Below are positions 14,308 to 27,810 of a stretch of DNA of 64,000 bases, in pieces. The position numbers and the translations under genes were made by a program. This DNA comes from Chrysomallon squamiferum. Its lineage: Eukaryota; Animalia; Mollusca. The notes below the pieces were generated by a model. That model saw only the letters and a list, made by a program, of their open reading frames with translations, had not been told where the DNA came from and did not search any database. The DNA lies in the NCBI GenBank assembly GCA_012295275.1, contig CM022669.1, forward strand, positions 13,330,001 to 13,394,000, read 5' to 3'. The stretch's first letter is position 1. Every line of letters starts with the position of its first letter.

Positions 14308-14493
14308 CTAGAGGATGGCTTAGGAGACGACATAGACCATTCAAACGTGACAGAGGAACACACAGACACCAGCACACAGGAAGCAATTAATGGACTGGAA
14401 ATGGAGGCCCTCAATAACCAGTCACATGATTCTTCAGCTGATTCGGCTGATGCTGCTGTGGAAAATAACTTTACTCTGGAGCGAATTGTGTGA
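14305..14493 (+). CDS. Candidate stop-codon readthrough extension of ABHD17 (UGA-CUAG, 61 further codons)
   Basis: TGA CTAG context, then the in-frame ORF LEDGLGDDIDHSNVTEEHTDTSTQEAINGLEMEALNNQSHDSSADSADAAVENNFTLERIV to TGA at 14491-14493. About 46% GC versus about 15% GC at 14521-14640 (hand counts). Confidence 0.7.
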
Positions 14494-17400
14494 CATGGCC
14501 TGAAACATTCACCCTTTAAAATCACATTAATAATATTTAACTCTTTTAAAAAAAAAAAAAAAACTCTGATTATTTTACTTCATTTTTTTTTTCATTAAAT
14601 TATGACAGGAAAATATTAATCTGATAACTCTTAAAATAAAGAACAATAATGATTCCAATATTTTTTTTCTTTCATTATTTATTTATTGAAAGGCTAAACC
14701 GAAATAGATAAATTAATAAATGTTGAATAAATTTGAAAATAAATAAAGAATTCACTTTTGGTTTTTGTTTTTATGGCAGTAGTTAACTTGATTTTTTTTT
14801 TGGTTATTTTTACATGTCAGTTTATGGAGAAAAAAAGAATAGAAAAAAAAAAATGTGAATTTTGGGGTGAATAGTTTCTTGTGTCACATGTTTCATTAGC
14901 TGTCTGGTTCCTTTATGCAGATTTCTTATAATTCCTGAAGCAAATCAACAGGCTATTTTGTAACAGTGTCACATTTTAATTTAAATAATATAAATTTATA
15001 AATACAGCATGAATTCAACTTATGAAATATATAAAATATTTTGCATAAACTACTGAATAAATGGGAAATATATTTTGCTATTTTTAACAAGTAAAATATT
15101 AACTAGCTTATGGATGAATGCAGAAACATAATTCTGTTACTGATAAAAACATTTTAATAGTTATTGACAACTCCCAGAATGGCTAGATATAAATAGCATT
15201 AAAACAAATAAAGATTTATAAAACAAAAACAGCTTAAAACAAATGAGATTGCTAGTTATAAATTGAAAAACATTTCAGAACTGTATATTAATTTTCATAT
15301 TGTGATACATTAATAATCAAAATGTATTTAATTTGAAGAAAATGAAAATATTTGTTAATAGTTTATTTTCAAATAATATATAAATTTTTTATTATTATAT
15401 TTTTTTTTTTTGGGGTTATAAATGTAAAAGATAATTAAAAATGCATGTTGTTTTCAGCTTCAGGTTTGTAGTTACTGAAAGCTTTTAAAGGACCAAAAAC
15501 AAATAACAACAAAAAACTGTCTATCTTGTCTCCCAAGCCAGGGACAGACTTCTCGTGTTCATGAGGGTGGGGGTGCATGTAAAAGGATAACATTTTTCTT
15601 TTCACCTGTTCCATTAGTTTAGTTTCTTTTTCTAGTATATGTAACTGAAAACAAAAAAAAGAAAAAAGGAAAAAAATGATAACAAAAAAAAACAACAACT
15701 AAAAAACAGAAACAAGGAAAGACACCCAAAACAAATTAAAAAATTTAATAAAATGAAGGAAAACATGCACTTTTGGTGAAATTAATGTATTATGTATGAT
15801 GACTTTGCCTTTAATGTTTTGTTTCCTTTTCATTTCTTTCTTGTTTTGTTTAGTTTTGATTTTTGTTCTAATTTTTGTGAAATTCAGATAATTTTTAATG
15901 TGCTCACTCTGCATGCTAATTAGATGTGATATTTGTTGTTTAGTTGATGTATATTATGCTATTGATTTTTTATTTTGTTTTTCACTTCTAGAAAATATTT
16001 TTAACATGTTTAATTTCACGTGCTTGTCAATTTAAAAAAAGATTTTTTTTCATTATTTATTAATATTATGTTTTTAAAATAAGAATGATGTTATCAAATT
16101 ACAATTGCGCACTAATGTTTTGAAAATTTAACTGTGGTTAGTGAAAAATGTATATTAAGCTGGCACAATACACTGGGATAATATCAGCCATGAGGGATTT
16201 TTTATTTATTTATTTTTTGTTTTTAAATAACTGTATCATAACTAGTTATTCATTACTGGAATTATAAAATGAATCAGAGAACATAAGAATAGCAATCATC
16301 AAATATCTGTTCACATTTCAAAACTGAATTTTTTTCTGGACACACCATAAAAATTAAACATTCAGCTAAGATGTATGGAGAGAGAGAGAGCTGAAAATAA
16401 AATTGTTTCGAGAAAATCCAATCATGTCTAAACAAATTCAGTGTGTTACAGTTATTTTTAGTGTTCGCATCTTCTAGTCATCAATTATGAATAGCTTCAA
16501 GTTAAATTTTCATCAGTTGATTTATATAGCACTCTCTTTTTGCAGTGTGTAACTATGGCTTGATCTAATTTACAGCAACTTCTTTTTCCAGCTCACTGAA
16601 AATATAATGATCAATTCCTGATTCTGCTCAGGTTCGGTGTATTGTATGATAGTTAGCAATGGACTAAACTGATTTGTATGGTGGTATTTTGGAAGATCTT
16701 AGATTCTTACTATGATATGTAAACTGGTCTGTGGGTAGTGGCTATCACTTAGTGCATCTTGCAGTATCAGTTTTCATTTGCTTATTGGTGTGTATATAGA
16801 TATGTATGGTTACTAAGATACTGATAAAACTCTGTGTGTGGTATGACTTGAAATTTGATTTGACCATTGTTGTTTCAGGTATGTTGGCTATTGCTTGGAA
16901 AGGAATTAAACCAGTTTAAAATGTAATTTAAAACTGTCTTTTCTGGCTACCAGTCGATTATGCCTGCATTTTATGGCTTTTGAAACATTGGTTAGTTTGC
17001 TTGTCATTATGGAAATAATTTAAAAAAAAAAGCTGTATTCTGTCTCTGTTAAGTGACTAACTTTCTTGTATTTTGTATTGCTTTCTGGTTCCATATTTTT
17101 TTGTCTTGTCTGGTCATTTTTTTAATTTTTTTTTTTTAAATTTAATTTGCATACAGAATTGAAATTTTTAAATGTTTTAATAATAGAATTGGTTGGGGAA
17201 ACTGGTAACGTTTGCAGAATGCCAATTCTAATTCTAGTGATTGGGGGAAGAAAGAAAAAAATGTCACTAAGCTGTTACTAGTGTTTCACCTTCTGCTTTT
17301 GTATTTATTTTTATTTTTTATTCAGTATGGAGTGAAAACACACTGAGTATTAGAATTGCTGAGTTATATGTTACAATGTCAATGTTATATTTAAATGTAT

Positions 17401-18057
17401 TTTGTTTGCAGTTCTCTAATGATACTTTTATTTTGTTGAGTCTTGAATCGATTTGTATTGTGATGTAGATTTTTCTCATGCTCAGATTTTGTTAAATTAA
17501 TTTTGAGTGCCATTTTGTTGTTTTTCCTCTAATTTCATGCAGTAAGTCATTGTCTAGCTAATATTTCAGATGTTATTGTAACCATAGCCAAGTATTTTTT
17601 TGTCCAGTGAATAACAAGAAATTAACTTATAGTTAAGCTCTGATTGTTTGCAGTTTTAACAATACACAGTTTGTTGTATGTCTATAATTATTTCTCCTGT
17701 TGCTCACAATTAACAATAATGTTGGTAATGAAATATTAATTCTAAACATTTAAACATTTTTTTTTATATAGTGAACATTATTATATCAGATATTCAGTAT
17801 TTTTCATAATGATGAAATTGCTTTTGATGCTATTTTTTCCAATTAGTGTTTTAAAAATGTATTTATTTATTTACTTTTTTTTTTTTTATTATTTGCATCT
17901 GGATTTTTTCATTGGGGCTGCTGTGGTTGCAAACTGTTTTGTTTTTCTTTATACCTTGTTTAATTTTGTTGTGCATGTTTGATTCTTAGAAGTATTATTT
18001 GCTATGTAAATTGTAGGTGATTCTAGAATATTGTTGTTAACTTTGTCATTTTGTCAC

Positions 18058-18115
18058 AATAAATCAAATAATTCGAAAGATTTAATAAAATAAAACAGTG
18101 CTTTATGTATTTTTG
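18058..18115 (+). terminator. Candidate distal polyadenylation signals of ABHD17
   Basis: AATAAA at 18058 and 18084 followed by a GT/T-rich element, at the end of a long T/G-skewed region resembling a 3'UTR. Confidence 0.4.
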
Positions 18116-20849
18116 TATTAACATAGTAAAGACATTTAAGTTTTTTTTTTTTTAATTCTGTTACAAGACGAATGTCAAAAATACCTTTCATTGCTTTTCA
18201 AAGCGATAATAATTCCATATATACATAAAATATCTTTAATTATACAAAAACAACATTTTAAAATCTGTTAAGACATCAACTGGCTTTCTGTTTTTTAATA
18301 TTTATTTTTGGAATATCCATGTTCATGTTAAATTTAATAACAGTTAACATATAAATGAAAAATAATACATACATGTATACATATATATGTTCAGAAACCA
18401 ATCCTTTTATATTGACCAGTACGTAAGTAGATATCAACATTTCATCAATTAATCATATGTGCCCTCACCCTGCACTGTATATAAGTATATATATATATAC
18501 ACATGTAAATATGTATGAAAGTGCAGATTAAATGCAGCAGATAAAAAAAAAAAAATATCCATGATTTGATGACACTGGGAAGGTGTGTGATTGATATTCA
18601 GAATCATTATTGTGGTCCAAACTAATTGCCTATTTGGCAGATACAAACTGGACCGTTTTACATATACAGATTGTTTATTTTAATTATTTCCTTTTTTTTC
18701 TTTCTTTCTTTCTAATTTTTTTTTCTTTCTTTCTTTCTTGTTTCAGACTCTTTGGTGTGGGTTTTCTGTTTTAAAGATATTTAACAAAAAAAAAAAAAAA
18801 AAAAAAAATGTTTTGACAGATTAAAAATCTGTTCTTGAGACTGATCAGCTTGTGTGATTTAATAAATGTACAGAAATATTTTTTTTGGCTCGTATTTTCG
18901 TAATTTATGTCAATATGTGAGAAAAACGTACAAACATGTTAAATGCAACTGATGTAGTATTTATTTGATATCATGTCTATTTTTTATTTAATAATTGCCT
19001 TATTTAATTTAATATAATTTTTTGTTCATTTTATTTTTTTATTATTTAATTTATACATTTATATTGTTCTATTTCTCAGTTTGACATCTTGTACATACCT
19101 TTTTTCTTCTTCTTCATTTTCTCAGTTAATTTATTTTCATAGGATTAATCTTTTCATTTTTGAAGAATCTGTGACACAAACACACATTCATATGTTCATA
19201 TTTTCCCAAGGAAAAAAAAAAAAAAAAAAAAGTATTTAAAATGCATCACTTCTTCCATACGAGATACATGATCTCAGGGGTGCAGCTTCAAACCCCACCC
19301 TAAATTATCATTCATCTAGTTTCAGTATCATTATTAGCACCTAGAACTAATGAAGTTGTATAAAAAGGAAATACTATGATAATTTATATTAAGACAGGTG
19401 TAGTTGAATCAGAATGTCACTTCTGATTAGTTTCTAAAGCTTTAAATGTTTGTTAAAAATAAAAAAAAAATAAAGTAAACAATCATGATCTCATTGATAT
19501 ATGTATATGAAAAGAGATGTAACATTGTGTTGCATTTTTGAACCACTGACATGGTGAATTTATATATTTTTAAATTATATATAAAAAATTATAACTGATG
19601 AATTTCTGTAATATTTATTATAAATACAAAGACCAACATGTGTTGTGAAATGATACAAAAGAAAATTCTGCAAGGTGTCAGATACACTGAATATATATAT
19701 CCATCAAATTAAACAGTAAAATGTCAGTGTATTTTTATGTTAGTTACAACTGTAGAAATTTAATGCTAGTCCTTAAAAATGCTGTTTAAAATAGTTATAA
19801 TCTTTTTTTATTATTATTAAAAAGATATGAATTATTAAAATAGCACAGGAAATATGTTTTCTAAGATAAATGTGTTTCTGAAAGTGAGACTACAATGTTT
19901 GTTTTAATGTTGGTATTGCATGTAAATGGGAAAAAAAAAAAATCACTTTTCTTTCTTTTTCTTTTTCCAAATTTTCTGGTAACTAGTGAAAATCATAATT
20001 TATGCAAAAAAAAAAATGCTGTATAATCCAGACTATATGCGGAATAACCAAAAAAGAATTAATCATTTTAATGTATTGTATATGTTTAAAATTATGCAAT
20101 ATGTAACTCGTTTCTTCATTCTGATAACATTTAAATTATATGTTAAAACTCATTTTATTTTCACCCACATTTTGAACTTACTAACAACAACAACAATAAA
20201 ATCCATTCACTGTTAAGATTATTATTATTACTCATTTTTTTTTTTTTTTTTTTTTTTTTCATTCTTACATTTCATCAGTTTGTTTCTGTGATTAATTTTT
20301 TTCGTTTGATTAACAAAATATTATCATTGTTTGATCATGTGGAAGATTTTACTAATGTTAACTTTTATATTGATTTGTATATGGATGGTCTTCCTGTTCT
20401 GTATACACGACCAAGCCAAACCAGAAAAACATGGGTTTATCATAAATTAAAAATAAGCTTACTAGCAAGTGACGAAATATTTTGTCCATTCAGATTTGAC
20501 TAAGATAGATACGTTATAGCTTTAACAAACAATCGGAAAAGGGTGAGACGACCCAAAATGACTTAGATAGGTACGTTGTAACTTAAGAAGCAACAAGTAC
20601 TGAACCCAAACGTGTTGTTACAGGTAAAAACGGGTACGTTTTAACCTTAAAATCTGGCAAGCAATGAATCATTATCTATTGAGTAACAATTATCTAGTGT
20701 TAGAGTTAGTTGTGGGTGATTTAATGATTGCAAATATTGGTGCAGTTAATAATGATTTCCATTACGAAATTAGTGTTGATAATGGTAGACAGTGGCAACA
20801 ACAAATTTTGGTAATAGGTTTTGTCCAATATTTTGTGGAAGAAACTGAT

Positions 20850-21190
20850 GATTACTATACCATTTTCAGGGTGTTCTTTGGTATCACCTATCAGTTTAAA
20901 CATCTTTAAAAAAAATTGCATTGGATGGACAGTAGATGTATCATTTTTGCAAGTTATTCTAGAATTTCATTTTGAATTGGTCAACAGAGGACTGGATAAC
21001 TAATCTGGATTTTTATTTTGAACAATTGATCAACAAAGGATGGATAACTAATAACATTAATTTTTGTTACTAGTTTTAGCTTAGTATTTAATTTTGTAGA
21101 TTGAGATGTTAACTGGTGACAGTATGAAAATTAGTTTTATCTGTATAACATTCATGTGTGCTGATTCATTAACAGTTCCAAGGAGCGGGA
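20850..21190 (-). mobile_element. Highly decayed LINE AP-endonuclease-like relic
   Basis: Minus-strand fragments in the order expected for APE domains: WNC, then YIYCPSN, then LIGDTKEHP (compare WNCxG, SIYxPP, IGDFNAHHP). They are interrupted by stops and frameshifts. Confidence 0.35.
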
Positions 21191-22403
21191 TATGTTTGTC
21201 TGTTAGTCTGTTAGTTGTAATAGTTTATTTTTGTAGAATTAGTCAAATGCTGTCAGTGTTAATTAGGGTGAATATTCATAGCTGGTTGTAGACCAAAAAA
21301 ATTACAAGTACTTGTCACCATTTTTTTTTTTTCATATAAGAAAAAAAAAAAAAAAAAAAAAAGAAGAAAGAAAGCAAAATATATTGTAACAAAATAGAAA
21401 TACCATTCCAATCTTTTGCAGTGCTAGACTGTTGTTAGAAAAAAAAAATTATTTATATTTAATCATATAACTGATGCCTTATTATAACCCTATCTGTCTA
21501 TCCTATTTGATAATGGTGCAGTTAATTTCAATTCCATGCTTCTGATGTTAAAGTAAACAATTATTAGAAGAAGAAAAAAAGATATTTCTTTTTAATATAT
21601 TTAATCATATAACTGAAGTAGTGACAACAGTTCTTAAAAGATGCCTTACAATAACCATATCAGTCTATCTCATTTTATAACAGTGCAGTTAATTTTAATT
21701 CCTTCCACATTTCTCACATAAATATAATATATTTTAAAAATGTTAACATTGCAAAATGATATCAGTAATTAAATGTGTATGTTATTATTGTATTTGGAAG
21801 TAAAGTCAATTTGTTCACTGTTGGCAGGGGTTTTCTTTTGTTCCAATTTTTTTTTTTTCATTTATATATACACATACATATTTTGTTTCTTTCTGTTCTT
21901 TTCTTTTGTTATTATTCTGTTCAGTTTCTTTGTTTTAAGCTTCAGATATTTTGTTTTTCTGATCTTTAATTTTTCATGTATATAATTTGAAGACCTATTT
22001 CCTCTTCTCTTTTTCCCCTCTTTTTCTTGAGTTTTGTAAATAAACTTCATCATTGGAAATTAATTATTTTTTATTCTAATTAACAACATCAGTTAAATCC
22101 TAACTCTGTAAATAGTTTTATTTTCTAGAATAAATTATTTTGATCACTCAATCAGTTGTGTATCGTTTTTACTGGCTTCGGAGAGCAAAACTTACCATAA
22201 TAAATGAAATTCACAATTACAGCTTTTTATTTATCAGAAAAGTGTGTTTTGTTTGACTGGAAGTGAGTATTATGAGATATTTATTGATAGTGACTTATAA
22301 ATGAATATTAAAAAACAGCTTAAGCATCAAGAAAAAAAAAAAAAAACTCCAACAACAAAAGAATTTTATTTCTGTAATATACTGTATTAAAATAATAAGT
22401 ACA

Positions 22404-22436
<33 letters not shown>

Positions 22437-23416
22437 CTCAAGTCTTGTTTATTTATTTACTCGCCAGTGCACATTTCCTTTTTTAAAATATTTCTCACAT
22501 TTTTCTCTCCTCAAGGAAATTAAAATATTGCAAATAATAACATAAAGGGACATAACTCCAGCCATACAAGATTAATGCTAAAAACGGGATGGAACAAAAT
22601 ATTTGAACTATGGCTTAGAAGCAGCATACACCAGAAAATGGTCACAAGATTTTGCTTCGTTTTATACATCTAAACATAGTTATATTTTCCACGTAATCCA
22701 AAAGACTGAATATATGTACATGTTTGAAAAATTTCCAAATCCATAAATTACAGTCGCACCCGGAAGATAAGGAATAATGTTAACTGTCACAAAATTCTAT
22801 AGAACAGTTACAGTGATCTTGATATGTTTCTCATTTTCAGTGCGTTTTGTTTATTACATTTTGTTTCTTTTGGATTAAGGTTATGTATTTTTGTATAGTG
22901 TTTTGTGTTCAATATATAATATAGCATTAAAACAATCTTGTTGGGATATGGTCATAATTTGGTTTGTTAATAATGTTAGAAATAGTATAGAGAACATTAT
23001 TGAATTATCATGTCTACTATTATTTATTTATTTATTTATTTATTTATTACTACTTAATTTATTTGGCTTATCAGAATGAAAAATGAAAGGCCATTTGACT
23101 TACTTGTTATTGTGCGTCAACATTAAAATCATTTTCCATTCACTTTGAAATCTGTGAAGTTCACTTCTAAAAAATGTTTTGTTATTTTTAATTTAATGAG
23201 TGTCTGAACGGACAATGTATTAATTTGAATAATAAGTACGTTAACTGGAATGTCTGTTGTTAACTTTGATATTCCATGACAGACGCAAAATTAATCATTC
23301 TGATTACATCTATATGGGTATCGTATGCATGTGTGTACGTATATATGTATGTATGTACTTATATTTGTATGTATGTTCGTATTTATGTATGCACATACGT
23401 ATGTTTGTATGTATGA

Positions 23417-23453
<37 letters not shown>

Positions 23454-23578
23454 TTATATTGATACTGATCTTTTCTTTCATTATAATTTTCTTGTAGCAT
23501 GATATTTCTGAGGTAAATAAAGATAATAAAACTTGTAAGCGTTTTCAATCTCTTTCTCTCTATCTCTCTCTCTCTCTC

Positions 23579-23612
<34 letters not shown>

Positions 23613-24027
23613 TCTTTGTGTCTCTCTCTATCTCTGTCTCTCTCTCTGACACACACACATACACACACACACATACACACAAACACTTCACACTATTTTA
23701 CAATCTAGAATAAAATGAATCATTATATACTTAACAAAACCAGACAATAGTTAACACATGCAAATCCGGAACTCCATTCGTTTTAGCAAACCTATTATTA
23801 ATTAATTAATTAATTTACTTTAATTGAATATCACTTCTATCTTGTACAATTATGTCCATCGCAGTAATGATCTCATTTCATAAATTTTGGATTTTCCGCG
23901 GTTATTTATTAGAAAGGTGCACTGTACTTCTGGTTTACATAGAAACACTACACCTTTTCGGAAGCGTGACATCCGTTGATTCCCACGGTGAATACCAAGA
24001 TCATTAATAAAAACCACTGCACTCCTT

Positions 24028-24455
24028 GTGACGCGTCACCCAGTGCATTTGTTTGAATTCACGTCCTCGGACCGTTCAAACGGATTAGTTTATCTTTCCG
24101 GACGGGAAAGCATATCTATACATAACTTCCTCAGCAAGCTCAAAATAAACTTACTCTCCATTCATAACATCACGAAACGAACTCGGTGTATTATGACGTA
24201 ATAATTCTCATAAGGATCTGTCGCTTCCTCCGCCTCTGCTGATTGGTTGTACGTTGCGTCACGTGTTCCGGTCGTATGCAAACTAGTTTCCATTTATGGA
24301 AGATGAATTACGTTCGGTGTTGGTAATGATAGTAATAAATCAGTACTGTTGTTTTATGAATAACGATTGCGTAGTCGTCCGATACCACGCAAAGGAAGCC
24401 TCCACGAACAGCAGGTATAAAAAGACGAAACGGTGAAACTTTCAATCAAACAGTT
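24028..24455 (+). promoter_or_regulatory. TATA-containing promoter of the vWA gene
   Basis: TATAAAAA at 24416-24423, about 90 nt before the ATG. Inverted CCAAT (ATTGG) at 24242, E-box GTCACGTG at 24258-24265, bZIP-like ATGACGTAAT at 24193-24202 and palindrome GTGACGCGTCAC at 24028-24039. The region is CpG-rich. Confidence 0.6.
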
Positions 24456-24509
24456 TCTGAAGCTGATCACCAGTAGAAACAACAATCATAATAACAAAAA
24501 AAGGGAACC

Positions 24510-24567
24510 ATGAAGATTGTTTGGATTATCAGTGTTGCACTTGTAAGTAGTTTGACGTAACATTTAA

Positions 24568-24602
<35 letters not shown>

Positions 24603-24676
24603 GTTAATAGTACACTATAGGTATAATAGTAATAGATAAGTATGATTCAAATCATCGTCATTATTATTATTATTAT

Positions 24677-24708
<32 letters not shown>

Positions 24709-25916
24709 TTATTATGTTAATAGTACAATAGGTATAATATATCTCAATAAAATGTATTTTAAAATGCAATCTCTATGATTTTCACATTCAGGTCTTTCTG
24801 ACGCAAACCTCGCTCTCTCGCCCGCCGTCCCTCTGTACGAAGCCTGCTGACATCGTGTTTGTCCTCGACACGTCCACCAGCATCTGGACCGAAGACTTCA
24901 CTCAGATGATGACCTTCGTACGCGACGTCGTCGACATGTTCGACGTCGGCCTTGCTCCGTCTCAGACCCGAATCGGCATCGTGAAGTTCAGCACCAGCTA
25001 CCACCTCGAGTTCCGTCTCAACACCTACTCCACCAAGGACGAAGTTCTGAGCGCTATACTGAACACGAAGCAGATTCAGGGCAACACGAACACGTCCGTC
25101 GCACTTGATTTCACCGCACACGAAATGTTCACCAGCAGTGGCGGAAGCAGGCACGACGTTGCTCACATCGCCATCGTCGTTACCGACGGCCAGTCTCAGG
25201 ACGGCAGAGCGACGAAGCGCGCTGCAAAGAACGCCAGAGATGCCGGTGTTCAGATCTTCGCCGTTGGAGTGGGCAAAAACGTCGTCACTGAGGAACTCAA
25301 CAACATCGCCAGCGACCCCGACGAAAATTTCGTCTTCAACGTGTCCGACTTCGGCGCTCTTAATTCCATCAAGAGAGAGCTAGCAGACAGAACCTGTGAA
25401 GGTAGGTGTGAAAGTTGCCTGATTCAAAAAAAAAATCTTGAAGTATATTCTGTAATTAACTTCAGTTTAGATCACTCGTCTGATAATGTAATATATATTT
25501 TAGATATTTTTGTATTGTTTAACATGCAGAATGAAATCTGTACTAATTCCTATATTTCACTTTGAAAGTTACATGCATATACATTATTTCTAATTTAATT
25601 TCACTCATCGATTTCAAACTGTCTCGTTAATCTTGCTTTATAAAAAATGAACATTCTGTAAAGATATATATATTATTTTTATTTTTTAGCCTAGTTTGCG
25701 TCAATTTTCTTTCGAATGCTATAAATATAAATGAGTACTTACGGTATTAATTCATTTTATACTCACATACCCACAGCCTTATGTACATATATTATTGTTT
25801 CATATTACAGTGTCAACTGCGTTACCACTATCATCTTCAACCACGACCATGACACCTACAACGATATCAACAACAGGTAAGTTCGAATTTGAAATAGATA
25901 TATATATGTGTGTGTG

Positions 25917-25957
<41 letters not shown>

Positions 25958-27766
25958 TGTTTGTGTTTGTGTATTAATATCTGTACTGCTTGAACTTATA
26001 AGCAGTATTCATTTAATTATTATAACTTGTTAGTGTGCTGTTATACAATATTCATATCATTATCCTAGCATTTAAGTAAACTGTATGTTATAAAATGTTC
26101 CAAGCAAAATATAATAAAATTAGAAATAAGTACCGACAACGACGACGACAAAATGTGGATGATAATTACGATGATGATGATGATACTTGTCTATTTAAAT
26201 TATAATTTACAATTAACAGCTGAAGTTTTTTCTTTTCGACAGCATGCGGAGGAAAACCAGCAGACGTGTATTTTCTCCTCGACTCATCAGCTAGCATCAA
26301 CATCAGCGACTTCAACCACGAAGTGCTTGGCTTTGTCAGAAACATCAGCAGAATCTTTGACATCGGTGTCAACAAGACGAGGATTGGGGTTTTGACTTTC
26401 AGCGACTCACCGAAAACAGTCATAGGCCTAAACGACTACACCAGTCTAGCTCAGCTCCAGGCGGCCATCAATCCGCAGAAGATTCCTTTCATCGCCGGAG
26501 GTACCAACACGGCGGCCGCCATTAGTCACGTGAGAAACTATGGATTTGCAGCGGAAGTTGCCCGACCGGAAGTCGCACACGTCATGATCATCATAACTGA
26601 CGGTCGGAGCCGAAACCGCACGAAGACCGTAGCTGAAGCGGAAGCAGCAAAGAAGTCTGGGATATACGTGTTTGCAGTGGGAGTGGGATCGGCTGTGGAC
26701 AAAAAGGAGATAATGGCGGTCGCGAGTGAACCTCACGAAGACTTTGTTTTCAGTGTCACTGATTTCCAAGCGCTGGCGAGTATAAAGAACCTCCTTGCGA
26801 TTAGAACCTGTAAACTGCTCCCACGGGATGACCCAGGCACTTCGCAAAATTCTGGTATGTAAAGATGTCCGTCTACCTTCTGTTGTTCTGTCTCCCTAGT
26901 TGAATATATAACTATGTCTAAATCTTTCTTTTATGTCTGTACCTTGTCATTTGTTTGGTAGGCAGAATATGTAGTTTATTAGTAATAAATTCAATCCTTT
27001 TGAAAAACAGATATTTTATTAACTTGTAAATGACGATTAAAAATGATTATAATTAATAACGAAATATCCACACGAAAAAAATCTTTTGCATCTGCTTCTT
27101 TATGTTACAGAATGCAAACTGACAAACAGCAAAGTTATGTTCGTGTTCGATTCTTTCGCAATGGGCCTACCGGCTACGCGACCTGTTACATCCAGCTTGG
27201 TCAACGTAATGACGTCACTAACTAAACGAACCAATGACGTGTTCGTTGGAATGAAGATTCAGTCCTGCTGGTCATACGACATTCCTCTCGACGAAGGCGC
27301 TTCACTTCTCAAAGCAATGGAGGAACAGAAAAAGATGCTGCACCCAAAATTGGATAATTTGATGCAAGATGTTCGGAGAAAGAGTTTGGTGAAGAGAGGA
27401 GATCTGAACAATGGACGCCGCGTTATGGTTGTGCTGCTGGACAAAGAGAACATAGGGTCGAGACTTTCTGATATTAGAAAGGAAGCACAGAGAGCGAAAT
27501 TTATTGGTGTTGAAGTGTTCGTCGTCATCACTGATTTCATGGACAGCAACGTCGCGTATGGTATTGCATCAAATCCCGTGAAAGACCACACCATAGTCGT
27601 GCCGGATTTCTACCATCTGGGAAAAATCACTAGTCGTTTGTGCGGAGGTAAGTCTGTTTGTTGAATATTCTTCGGAAAATAATGTGTTACATTTTTATTT
27701 AGCATTGTTATTAAAGTATAAAATGGGATTAAAAATTGTAATTAAATTATAATTAAAAATTGAAAT

Positions 27767-27810
<44 letters not shown>

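Noticed and set aside
14491-14598. Second readthrough at TGA-CAT after the extension
   Set aside because: The following frame quickly becomes AT-rich with poly-A/poly-T runs and is not coding-like.
24759-27594. Antisense ORFs over the vWA exons
   Set aside because: Shadow ORFs of GC-rich coding exons.
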